A stretch of 64,000 bases of DNA from Octopus sinensis (lineage: Eukaryota), in NCBI RefSeq assembly GCF_006345805.1, contig NC_043006.1, forward strand, positions 13,888,001 through 13,952,000, given 5' to 3'. The notes beneath the pieces were generated by a model. The model was given only the letters and a program-made list of their open reading frames with translations. It ran no database searches and was not told the origin of the DNA. Positions within the stretch are counted from its first letter, which is position 1; every line of letters starts with the position of its first letter. Shown here piece by piece: positions 40,861 to 53,319 of this stretch. The translations under genes were made by a program, and so were the position numbers.

Positions 40861-40871
<11 letters not shown>
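40591..40871. repeat. AT-rich inverted repeat (about 130-bp arms, about 20-bp spacer)
   Basis: ATATTAGAAAAAAACCCACC ... GGTGGGTTTTTTTCTAATAT with several mismatches. Confidence 0.88.
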
Positions 40872-40911
<40 letters not shown>

Positions 40912-40917
<6 letters not shown>

Positions 40918-41202
40918 ATCACGTGACCGACCAGACCATCAGATGTTGTTACACATCGCTGGTCACAATGCATTCGCATTGTTTTAGCCTTCGAATGACG
41001 CCACCCCGCAGGCTAAGCGAGCAGGCCAACAGAAGAAAGAGTGGGAGAAAGAGTGGTGAAAGAGTACAGCAGGGATCACCCCACCCCCCTGCCGGAGTCT
41101 CGTGGAGCTTTTTAGGTGTTTTTCGCTCAATAAACACTGGGAATCGAAACTGCGATCCTGCGACCGCGAGTCCGCTGCCCTAGCCACTAGGCCATTGCGC
41201 CT

Positions 41203-41205
<3 letters not shown>
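40912..41205 (-). mobile_element. SINE with family B head and a different 3' tail
   Basis: Head and GGGATCACC..CCCCTGCCGG body as family B; tail GGTCTGGTCGGTCACGTGATCACGTGA not seen in other B copies. Confidence 0.75.
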
Positions 41206-41265
<60 letters not shown>

Positions 41266-41304
41266 CACATATATATATACACATATATATATACACATAT
41301 ACAT

Positions 41305-41375
<71 letters not shown>

Positions 41376-41519
41376 ATATTAAAATTTCACTTATATATTT
41401 TCGGGGTTGATGAAACAAGTTCCAGTTAACACTGAGGTCGATGTAACCGACTATTCCACTCCCCACTCCAAGACTTTTCAAGGCCTTCTTCTTAGAGTAG
41501 AAATAATATTAAATTCTGG

Positions 41520-42130
41520 AAGGTGGCGAGCTGGCGGAATCGTTAGCATACTAGACGACTTGCTTAGAACTATTTTGCCCGCCGCTACGTTCTGAGTTCA
41601 AATTCTGCTGAGGTCGACTTTCTTTTCATCCTTTCAGGGTCGACAAATTAAGTATCAGTTGAGAACTGGGATCTTTTCGGTTTGAACGGCAGTTTTTAAC
41701 ATAATTTTTAGGTAATTAAAAAATTTTAAACTTCGTATACTGGTAGAATGTGTTTATAAAACATATTTTTCTCTTGGCTTTTTTGAGAAAATTCTATAGT
41801 TTGCAAGATATTTGTTGTTTTTTCTTCAATTTCTGCAATTTCAACCAATCAATGACGTCCATTGAGGTAAAAAAAAACATTCTGTGCCGTATGAATATGT
41901 CCCTCGTTTAAGAAACAGATTGGGTTTATTTACATTTGTGAAGAAAAAAAGATACCCTTCCCCCCACCCCTAAGCCTAAGACAGATTGAAATGCAATAGA
42001 TCGATACTAGGGTCATAATTATAGGTGACAATTTCATATGACACCGCTGGAAAAAACTGCCGTTCAAACCGAAAAGATCCGAGAACTGGTGTCGATGTAA
42101 TCGACTATACCCCTCACCCCAAATTTAGGG
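41520..42130 (+). mobile_element. SINE family D split by a MITE
   Basis: AGGTGGCGAGCTGGCGGAATCGTTAGCA head; GAGGTCGACTTT..TTTCATCCTTTCAGGGTCGA core; resumes GTGTCGATGTAATCGAC after the MITE. Confidence 0.8.
41669..42080. mobile_element. GGATC-TIR MITE, copy 2
   Basis: TSD GAGAACTG on both sides. Confidence 0.93.
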
Positions 42131-42369
42131 CCTTGTACCTATAACAGAAAAGATTATATCAACTTCTAGAAAGGCGACGAGCTGGTAGAATCGTTAGCAC
42201 GCCTCACAAATTTCTTAGCGGGTTCTGAATTCAAACTCCTACGCAATCCACCTTGTTTTTCATCTGCTCATAAGATAGGTAACAGTTAAACCCTGCAGTT
42301 GCTGTAATTGACTGACCCCTCTTTCTTAATGCTAGGCGTCGTTCCTGCAATAGAAAGGGTTATTTTTAT

Positions 42370-42660
42370 AAAGGCGACGAGCTGGCAGAAACCTAGGCAC
42401 ACCGGGCGAAATGCGTGGCTGTATTTCATCTGCCGTTACGTTCTGAGTTCAAATTCCGCCGAGGTCGACTTTACCTTTCATCCTTTCGGGATCGATATAT
42501 ATCGATTTAATCCGTTTGTCTGTCCTTGTTTGTCCTTTCTGTGTTTAGCCCCTTGTGGGTAGTAGAGAATTAGGTATTTCGTCGGCCGCTACATTCTGAG
42601 TTCAAATTCCGCCGAGGTCGACTTTGCCTTTCATCCTTTCGGGGTCGATTAAATAAGTAC
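42370..42660 (+). mobile_element. SINE family D (full copy plus partial repeat of core)
   Basis: AAGGCGACGAGCTGGCAGAA head, GAGGTCGACTTTACCTTTCATCCTTTCGGGA core, tail TGTGTTTAGCCCCTTGTGGGTAGTA. Confidence 0.82.
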
Positions 42661-42890
42661 AAAGAAGTAGAAAGAGAAACTCCAGTATTAGAAGATAGGG
42701 AATGGGGAAATAGCTAGGAAAAGAAAAAAAAGAAAAAGAAAGTAAGTCCTTGTGAACCCCAACCTACCCAGTGCCCTCCCTCTCCCTTTTCACCACACCC
42801 TCCCCATGCAAACACCAAACCTACCCATTCCCCTCCAACAACAAAACAGAAAAGAAATGCAAACACACATGATATAAATATGGCTCCTTC

Positions 42891-43312
42891 GGATCTTTTC
42901 GGTTTGAACGGCAGTTTTTAAAAATAATTTACACTTAACTAAACACTTTTAAACTTAGTATACTGGTAGAATGTGTTTATAAGACATCTTTTTCTCTTGG
43001 CTCTATTGAGAAAATTCTATAGTTTGTAAGATATTTGTTGTTTTTTTCTTCAATTTCTGCAATTCCAACCAATCACTGACGTCTATTGAGGTAAAAAAAA
43101 AAAAAAAACATTCTGTGCCGTATGAATATGTCCCTCGTTTATTTACATTTGTGAAGAAAAAAAGATACCCTTCCCCCACCCCTAACCAACCCTAACTAAC
43201 CCTAACCCTAAGACAAATTAAAATGCAATAGATCGATACTAGGGTCATAGTTATGGGTGAACATTTCATATGACACCGCTAGAAAAAACTGCCGTTCAAA
43301 CTGAAAAGATCC
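42891..43312. mobile_element. GGATC-TIR MITE, copy 3
   Basis: TSD GCTCCTTC / GCTCCCTC (one mismatch). Confidence 0.9.
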
Positions 43313-43954
43313 GCTCCCTCTCCCCCTGTTTGTTTTGCATGCGTTTGACGTTGTAAATCTGGTGAGCGAGTGGACGGATGTAGATGGTGGTCCTATTATA
43401 TGCCAATTGTTAAATAAGGCACAAATGGAGATAGTAAAAAAGTATGATAAAGGTATTGAGTTGTGGAAGGTGATCGGGAAAGGAGAGCAATTGCCAAGAC
43501 AGACTTGTTATATCGAACTAAATAATGACTACAGTATTGAACTGCTGAATTTTAGATAGGTATGTTTGAACGGTTTATTTGCCCGTTTTATTTGTTGTAC
43601 CTGTTTAAAGTTGTATAATAGTTTTTGTTCGAAAACTATTGTGTGTTTTTCCCTGTAGGGGAAACACTAATTGCAGGCATGATGCCAAAAAGTTTGCATT
43701 CATTTGACGAAGATTCGACAGATTTAGGGGCCAAAAAAGTTGTTTCGGATTCGTCTGAAAATGAATTCCCACTATTGTCCCGTTGCAAGGCGGAACATGG
43801 AGGTGAAAAGCCTTCAAACGGAGGAAGGTAAACAGAAAAGAAGTTTTGCGTCTGCAGCTGGAGATAGAACTCGCCAACTGTCGACGAATAAAAGTGATTT
43901 GTTGATGTACAAGGACATGATAACAATTCAAGACGGCTTTGTCAAGGCTCAATC

Positions 43955-44115
43955 TATTTCTTTACTACCCACAAGGGGCTAAACACAGAGGGAACAAACA
44001 AGGACACACAAAGGGATTAAGTCGATTACATCGACTCCAGTGCGTAACTGGTACTTAATTTATCGACCCCGAAAGGATGAAAGGCAAAGTCAACCTCGGC
44101 GGAATTTGAACTCGG
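43955..44115 (-). mobile_element. SINE family D, 3' part
   Basis: Reverse complement of core and tail. Confidence 0.82.
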
Positions 44116-44118
44116 AAC

Positions 44119-44252
44119 GGGGGTGTTGGTCCTACTGAAAAGAAACCGAGTAGCCGAGAAAAAGTAGTTTTTTTCTGACCCAGAAGGCAGGTTGGTCGTT
44201 CTTGACCTGACATTCAGTCGTGGCAAGATAATCAGGCTAGTTGCTAAATAGA
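44119..44252 (+). mobile_element. Short Tx1 APE fragment
   Basis: SDPEGRLVVLDLTFSRGKIIRLVA, homologous to about 31460-31590. Confidence 0.75.
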
Positions 44253-44286
44253 ATGACACTTTCTAAGAAAAACTTAAAGGAGGAGA

Positions 44287-44749
44287 TGTAGGGAATTAGT
44301 AATAATGGTACACTCCTCCCACGTGACGAATGGAATAACATAGTCACTATAAGTAAAGAGATATACGTGAAGTACCAGAGTACATAGTAGGTAGTCAGAG
44401 ATAGTCGTGTCTTTACTGGTTTTACAAAGTATACTGAAGTGGGCGTTATAATAATCCAGCATCTTAAGAACAAAAATAAATAAATGCACCCTTTTAAAGC
44501 CTAGCCAGGCTCATGGGCCTGGTTTCCCGGTTTCAATGGCCTATGTGTTCCCCAGCTGGACGGGACGCCAGTCCATCGCAGCGTTACTCATTTTTGCCAG
44601 CTGAGTGGACTGGAGCAACGTGAAATGAAGTGTTTTGCTCAAGAACACAACGCGTCGCCCGGTCCAGGAATCGAAACCACAATCTTACGATCATGATGCT
44701 GACACCCTAATCACTAAGCCACGCGCCTCCACATCTTAAGAATACAACA
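44287..44749 (+). mobile_element. Solo LTR interrupted by SINE C
   Basis: TGTAGGGAATTAGTAATAATG..CCCACGTGACGAATGGAATAAC..TACAACA, homologous to 34081-34263. Confidence 0.7.
44471..44731 (-). mobile_element. SINE family C with 11-bp TSD
   Basis: CATCTTAAGAA at 44460-44470 and 44732-44742. Confidence 0.9.
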
Positions 44750-45859
44750 GTATAATGTATAATACAACAGTATGTATGTATGTATGTATGTATGTATGTA
44801 TGTATGTATGTATGTATGTATGTATGTATGTATGTATGTATGTATGTATGTATGTATGTATGTATGTGTGTGTGTGCGCATATATGTATGTGTGTGTATG
44901 TATGTATGCATTGCTCATTTGACAGACCCTGATCAATTCACAAATTTTACCGAAAATAAAATAAATAAGAATAGTAATTTATTTTGGTCTAACGAATGCA
45001 TTATTTAGTGCCTTGAATATTTATAGTTACAGCCACGCGTGTATGTGTGTGTGTATTTGTGCATGCGTACGTGTGTGAGTGTTTGTGTGTTTGTGTGTTT
45101 GTATGTTGTTATTGCTGCTTACATCGCAATTCCTTTTCAATATCAAGAAAAAAGCATGTATTTGAGTTCCTGTAAAACGAGGTTTTTATTTTTATATTAT
45201 CCAGAAATGCTCAGAGAATAACAGCAATATTTTCAATCTATTGTTTTTTTTTTTTATCAAACATCGCTGCAAAATCTTATATTTACTGAATTATAGAATC
45301 AATTTATGCATTCACGCACCGCCTGAAAATTATGACATAATAAATATTTAATGCCCATTATGTTTAAGAACGAATGCGAAAATTATCTGGCTTTTGTTTT
45401 TTCCTCCCTTTTATACATAAAGAAGTCTAATATTGCATATATTTATTCACAATTCCTTTTGTAACACCTCATATACCTGCTAAATTGTTTTAAATGTAAT
45501 AACTTTATTTCAATTTACCCTCATCTTCAGAAATGACTTTTAGAGGTTTACAGTACTGTAAATGTTTACTACAACCTCTGGGCGTTTTACAGTGAGTTAG
45601 AAACACCATTGTGTTCCTTTGTGTGTGCGCACACACACATATACACACGCAAGCATACAAACACAGACACGTACACAATATTCACGAGCATTTACGTGCT
45701 TCTATGTGTTTACTTGAATATACCAGTTTCTAGAATATTTTGATTCAGCTAACGTTTATCTTTCTCCTTTTACTTGTTTGCGTAATTGGAATGCGGCCAT
45801 GCTGCGGCACCGCCTTCTAGGATTTAGTCAAACAAATTAATCTTTTACATACCATGCTA

Positions 45860-46100
45860 TGTTGTTTTCTTCTGCTCTAATGCTGTGTTCGCATCCAATA
45901 AGTCTTCTTCCCCTTCTTTTTCTTGGTACATACATTCTGTCTGTGTCCTTTTTTGGGTGGACTGTTCCATATCTAGTTAGCAACTTCCTTGTGAACCAAC
46001 GAGTTTTCTTGTTGCTCTAGCTTGATCACATAGTTTCTGTTCCTTGAGTTGGAACAATCCCTTTCATCTCCAATGATCATACATACATTATCGGTAAACT
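45860..46100 (-). mobile_element. Possible N-terminal relic of an R4/Dong-like LINE
   Basis: Minus-strand EQKLCDQARATRK motif. Confidence 0.4.
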
Positions 46101-46439
46101 CCTAATTTGAGCACCATTTTCATCTACTGTGTTGCTCATGTAGTAACACTCCATGACCACAGCATTAGTCTGCTTGCTCCATCTACGTCGTGTGTGGTGG
46201 TCCCTTTATGGATATCGACAGGCTGGAGCCGGACCAGAATCTCTGAGCCTGCCGAATGCAACACTGTCACCGCCAATGGCTTCAGTTTCATTATCACCGT
46301 TATTCACAATACTTCGTTTTTTCATTGTCACTCATATGAGGTAGCGATTATCAGGATGCGCAATTACCAGTGTTTTTGTTGTGACACAATCAATAGATGT
46401 ATCATAAATTAGGACATGGAGAGGCTCCACCTGATTCCT

Positions 46440-46440
46440 T

Positions 46441-46523
<83 letters not shown>

Positions 46524-46544
46524 GTTATTATTATTATTATTATT

Positions 46545-46587
<43 letters not shown>
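46440..46587. repeat. (TTA)n-(TCA)n compound microsatellite
   Basis: Direct inspection. Confidence 0.95.
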
Positions 46588-48239
46588 CTGATATCACTGA
46601 TATTATTGTATTTATTTTTTACTATTTGTCATTGTTATATTAACAGACTCAGGGGTTACACAGGCCTGTGCATGGCAGGGGTGTCATCAATTTCCAGCGT
46701 TGTTCACATGGACAACCACATAGATAATTATAGTATTTGATCTGGCCTTCCTTAGTGATGTTAGTCGTAATTTAAAAGAGATTTAACTACTCTTTCTGTC
46801 ATGCAGAACGACTTTCCAGAGAGTCCATTGCTCACGTGTAATCTTCAATGAACAGGCTCTTCTTCAGTCTTCTATGGCCGTTGTCAATTACTGCCTTTAT
46901 TGTTGTATCTGTGTAGTAGCAGCAGTGGTGGTAGCAACAGTAGTACGGGTGGGGTAGTAGTAGTAGTGGTAGTTGGGCTTCAGATTGCTATGCTATCAGA
47001 ATAGCAGTAGGTGTGGTATTAGCAGCTGCAGCATATTATTACATTTTTATTTTCATCATTATCACCTTCACCACCACTACTGTTCTTATTATCATTATTG
47101 CTCTTTCCATTTATTATTAAAAGATTCTATAAAATGTTCTTTATTTTTAACTCTTGTCTTGCACTTATGATAATCATAAATATGTGGTTGCTGGAGGAAA
47201 CAGTTGGGGAAGAGTAGCTGCTTGTTGAATACATCAAATTCTACAGGTCTATAAATAGATTCGGCAGATGGTGTGGAGGTCATCAATAGAAGACTAAAGA
47301 ATCTTCCACACTTTGGGTCAGCAGAGGTTAAATGTATTTACTACTACCAGCGAACACTGAGAACGCTGGCCTTGGCCTTGAAAAGATGCAATTCACTCTG
47401 TTCTGTTTGTAATTACTGCAATAAAAGGTATGTTTACATATTTGGGTAGTAATGGAGAATAAAAAGATAAAAGTTTCACACAAAATTTAATATACTAAAG
47501 TTTTTAAATTTTGGGGGGGAAGGGGTGTTCATCTGTCTGTCCAGTTGAAGAATACAATAGTGCTTTTGCAATGAAAAGGATGTTTACATTTCCGAATACT
47601 CAGAGAGAGAGAAAAGAAAAATAGGGAAGATTTACTAAATATGGTATTTCGTATGTCCGCACAGAGAAAATTATAGTGTTCTTAGAATGAAAAGGGTGTT
47701 TATATTTTCGAATACTCAGGGAGAAAGGAAAGGATAGATATTCACAGAAGTTGTAGATATTAAAGTTTTTTAAACTGATCGTTTGTGTGTTCGAAAGCTG
47801 TAGATATGTAAATTTCCCAACTTATTATGAGAGAGATTTTAAACACTCACAGGAAATTGTAGATATTCCAGTCTTTGAGAGTTATTTTACCGTTGTCCTG
47901 CTGGGTTATATTAGTGTTTCCGTGTCTTCCAAGTTCATCTTATTGATAAGTAGCTGATCTTTTCAAACATAGGACCCACGTTTACATCATTTTTGCTCAT
48001 TAGGGAATATGTCACTTTCTATTAAAAAACTATAGGTACATTCAGTCAAGGCAGATGTTAGTATTTTATACATTGTAACTATGCAGTCTATAATTATGGG
48101 TCTATAATTTTTGGGTTCATTTGTTTCTTCATTTCTTAAAGTAGCCAAGAGGGAATCATGCTAGGTTGTTGCAAAACATTATTGTGAAGTTTTGTTAGCG
48201 GTTCAGGGCTCTCTGGGAAGGCATTCAACCAGATGTTAG

Positions 48240-49150
48240 GAATTTTATCTTTCCTGGAGACTTCCATTTCCTTGGCTTCCTGAGAGCAGTTTTATATTCT
48301 CTGTCTTGATACCCTCCCACTTTTGCTTTTCTAAGGAGTATAAGTCTGTAGATATTCTATCAATCCAAGGGACCTTTTCATTCTGTGTTTTTTCTTCTCC
48401 CCAAATTTTATTCCAAAATTCTTGCACTTCTTTTGATGGGACAGACTTTACTGTAACTTGTATTTTCCCTATCTTCCTGTAAAACCTTTTGGGGGTTATA
48501 CCTGAACATGTTGTAGACCTTGAAGAATCTAACGCGCTTTTCATATCTTGCTATGCGGGCAGCTTTAGCACATACCTTTTTGCTTGATGACTTCAGTGGT
48601 TGTATCGATGTCAAATATGGTTTTCATATATTTTTTCTTTAATTTTCGGATTTTTGTTGATTTGATAGTCTTATCAAACTTAAGGTCTTTTAAACATTCT
48701 ATGTCAGACCTAAGTAACTGAATTTGGTGTTAAATATGCTCTTACAAAGTAGGCTTTTTGTGGGAATGTTGTCATTTTCTAATATTTTCACCACATAGAA
48801 TCGTTGAGAATTCCGCGGATGCATAGTGCAGGTGGTTGAGATATGCAATATCAACATCATTAGCTGAAATTATTTCCTTAAGTGCAAGGGGGATTTTACC
48901 AATTATTTTCAGGTTTTGGTTAGAATTGCGAATTTTGGAGAGAGTGCCGCATTCATTCATACTGTTTTCTTTAATTTTCAACAATTCAATCAAGATTTGA
49001 TTTTTTAGATCATGTAGTTCTGTTGGGTCAATTTCTGCGTGACTTTCTTCATGCTGATAACTTTCATGCAACACCTTTGAAATGCCAGCGAAATGTCGGT
49101 GCCAGTTAATCACTAAAGGGATTCTGTCAGCTATTGTAGTGTTTGCTAAA
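48240..49150 (-). mobile_element. Degenerate R4/Dong-like non-LTR retrotransposon pre-RT region
   Basis: RIARYEKRVRFF..NMFRYNP, EFWNKIWGEEKTQNEKVPWI, LNHLHYASA; clade from recalled motifs. Confidence 0.6.
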
Positions 49151-49189
49151 ATTCTGCGTAAAGGTTTTGACTATCTTTGCTAATCTTAG

Positions 49190-49830
49190 CTTATTTCATG
49201 ACATAACGATATACAAAAGAATTTGCATGTTTCCAGTAATCCATTATGACAGTACAAATCCGTTTTATCCTCACAAATTGAGATTTTGGATTTGACCGAA
49301 TAAGATTATGTGGATGATCGGAGCGGCGGTGGAGATAAATGTGGGATACTGTGGTCTTGCAAAATAACTCTGTCACTATTCTGCCTCCAGAAAACTTGAC
49401 TTTTGTATCCAAAAATTCAACGTTGGTTTATGAAAAACTAGACATAAAATTTATGTTGGACTTCAAGCCATAGTTTCTAGCTTAACAGCCACGGAAATGC
49501 AAGAATTTCATTAACTATCCTGTGATCCTTATAGATAAAAAAAATACGTCATGTCATTTTCACTACATGGAATCATTGAGAATTTCGCGGATGCATCGTG
49601 CAGGTGGTTGAGATATGCAATACCAACATCATTAGCTGAAATTATTTCCTTAAGTACAAGGCGGATTTTACCAATTATTTTCAGGTTTTGGTATTGGTTC
49701 ATGACCATGAAGAGATTTGAATGTCTTCAGTAACTGTGTCTCGAATTTCGTCATGAAGACATTAGCGAAATTAATTGCCATGTGGGTACCCATGGTGCAA
49801 CCCTTCGACATGGAGGTAAAATCATTGTCT
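49190..49830 (-). mobile_element. Penelope-like RT fragments flanking a duplicated R4-like piece
   Basis: YLHRRSDHPHNLIRSNPKSQFVRIKRICT (49191..49412); MGTHMAINFANVFM near 49740-49800; about 49565-49690 resembles 48798-48920. Confidence 0.65.
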
Positions 49831-50089
49831 AAACTTTATTCTCTTTTTTCTTTCCTTTTTTTTCTATCGTCTTTTTTTCCGTTTTTTGTTTTCTGTCTTT
49901 TTCTTTTCGCCCATTATAAAATTGAAACTTAAAAACTGATGGTTGCTCTCGTTCATATTTTACGTTTAAATTTCTATAGTTTTGAATTTTTATCACCTCT
50001 TCTTTTGAACTTGACAAAGACAGATTTACTGCTGAAATATCGTTCAATAAAATGTCAATCACAATCGAATCGTGCTCTTCGTTTTGACT

Positions 50090-50458
50090 CTCATTTACTC
50101 TTTTACTTGTTTCAGTCATTTGACTGCGGCCATGCTGGAGCACCACCTTTAATCGAGCAACTCGACCCCGGGACTTATTCTTTTGTAAGCCCAGTACTTA
50201 TTCTATCGGTCTCTTTTGCCGAACCGCTAAGTGACGGGGACGTAAACACACCAGCATCGGTTGTCAAGCAATGCTAGGGGAACAAACACAGACACACAAA
50301 CACACACACGCATACACATATATATGTATATATACATATATACGACAGGCTTCTTTCAGTTTCCGTCTACCAAATCCACTCACAAGGCATTGGTCGGCCC
50401 GAGGCTATAGTAGAAGACACTTGCCCAAGGTGCCACTCCTTACCACACAGCCACTCCT
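50090..50458 (-). mobile_element. SINE family A with internal deletion near head
   Basis: Reverse complement of consensus. Confidence 0.88.
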
Positions 50459-50485
50459 GTTTATCTTTGTGAAGAATTACGTCAA

Positions 50486-50552
<67 letters not shown>

Positions 50553-50689
50553 GTTATCATTATTTTCTGGTGAGCAGGAAGAATCGTTACCTGGCAGATT
50601 CTCCTCTTCAAGAGAAGATTGGCAATATTTTCTTGAAGAAGGGAGCGGGTTTTACATATCCTCACGTTAATTTCGCCAATTATTTCTCT

Positions 50690-50972
<283 letters not shown>

Positions 50973-51745
50973 GTTTCTTATATAGCCACACAGGGCTGCA
51001 CACACAGATAGAACAAATTACAAGGTAGAGCTTTTCTTTTGAAGGTTAAAAAAAAAAAAAAAGGGGGAGGGAGTTTCGATTAAAAAGGGATCGTAAGGAG
51101 AGAAAAAGAGGACAAAAAAAAGGGGGAGAGGGAAAAAAAATTTGATCAATAGGGATCGTTATCACAGAAATGTCAATATGAAGTGTAAAGGGGAGACAGG
51201 TGAGGTTTACCGTGGAAGAAAAGCCTACGGAAAAAGACCACGGTAACCTCGGTCAATGGGAGTCACATGTTATATTTTTCTTTTTTTTTTTGCAAATAAG
51301 CAACTCTCTGTTTTCATTTCTGGGTTCATAGGATCATGCTCAAGGTGGCTTCGTCATTCATACGTGCCATTCTTGCTACATTCACCCATTTTTTTAAAAC
51401 ATTCGCTAGACAAAACTTGCCTCTCTACTCTCACTTTCCTTTTCAAGTGGTACTTGAAGAAGTTGATGAGAGATTGACCAGAGAGGAAACGTGTTTGTCT
51501 CCAATCCTTTCAGACGCGTCCACCAGATACATTCTTTCGCCATAGCCACAAGGATGATGAAAATAGCTCTTCTTCCCGTTTGAAGGAAGGAGGCGTGACA
51601 ATATTGACGATAGACGCTGATAAACCGACTCGTCCCACACGTGACAGCAGTTGTTCGACATAAGCCCACAGGTCGGAAATTGTTGGACACTGCACGAGTG
51701 CGTGCAGAACGGTTTCGTCGCTCTGACCGCATCTCGGGCAGGTCG
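50973..51745 (-). mobile_element. 5'-truncated Tx1-type LINE (CCHC finger + 3' UTR) inside a GATA array
   Basis: [19 protein letters not shown] zinc finger, [10 protein letters not shown]; (GATA)n directly at both junctions. Confidence 0.85.
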
Positions 51746-52082
<337 letters not shown>

Positions 52083-52354
52083 CAATAATAACATCATAGA
52101 GAAATATTTAAGAAATAGTAGGAGCATTATTTTGCATTACGAAATTTAAATTTAAGACTATTGTATTTCTTTCATTCCCCAACATTGTTTTAAGTGTAAA
52201 TAATTTTCAGTTACTCTGAAAATAAATAGAATATTTCGAATTATTTTGAACTGAAAAACTGTTATTTAATTGAGAATAATTCAATCATATGCTTTTAATA
52301 AATTGACTAAATAATTATGTATGTATGTGTGTGTGTGTGTGTGTGTGCGTGTGT

Positions 52355-52446
<92 letters not shown>

Positions 52447-52715
52447 CGGCCGTGCTTTTTTAATATGAAGTTATAAAATGAACATTTTTTTTAAAATGTG
52501 ATTAGTATTTTCCTGATACGGAAATGAATTTTCATTAATATTCTTATATAGGTTTTTTTTATAACAGCATTTCCCTTTTTATTGAATATTTTTTTTAAAC
52601 CTAACTGAAAGTTAAATAAAATTTCTTGAAGACACTTGATGTCTGCGTAAAGGAAGTACTATGGTGTATCCTCAATGTGGTGAATTCATGAAATATCGTA
52701 ATTGCAACCAATTAC

Positions 52716-52719
<4 letters not shown>

Positions 52720-52797
<78 letters not shown>

Positions 52798-52817
52798 ATT
52801 ATATATATATATATATT

Positions 52818-52871
<54 letters not shown>

Positions 52872-53190
52872 GTATAATAGTATTATATTATATATTTATA
52901 TATATATATATTATATATATATGTATATATATATGTATATATATGTATATATATATGTATATTATATGTATATATATAGTAACTATAGTATATATATATG
53001 TATATATATATATATGTATATATATGTATTATATATGTATATATATATGTATATGATATGTATATATATATATATGTATTATATATGTATAATATATATG
53101 GATATATTATATATATATTATATATATAGATATATATACATATATAATATATTATATATTATACATATATATATATATATATATATTATC
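52720..53190. repeat. Degenerate (AT)n tract
   Basis: Direct inspection. Confidence 0.95.
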
Positions 53191-53319
53191 TAGTATTACA
53201 TAATGTAATATTATAAAATGTAATATTTTGAATTCTCCTTAATGGTTCCCTTTACATACTGAATACTTGGTGAAATTGATTAATAATTAATTAATTTTAC
53301 CCTCAATTGTTGAAATTAT

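Noticed and set aside
43170-43210. CCCTAA repeats as an interstitial telomere or fusion scar
   Set aside because: Short, imperfect and internal to a MITE with intact TIRs and TSD
46397-46740. Poly-Tyr/His/Ile/Met/Leu/Ser ORFs
   Set aside because: (TTA)n(TCA)n microsatellite read in six frames
47095-47400. Possible host exon
   Set aside because: No recognisable domain, no consistent open frame with splice sites that I could support
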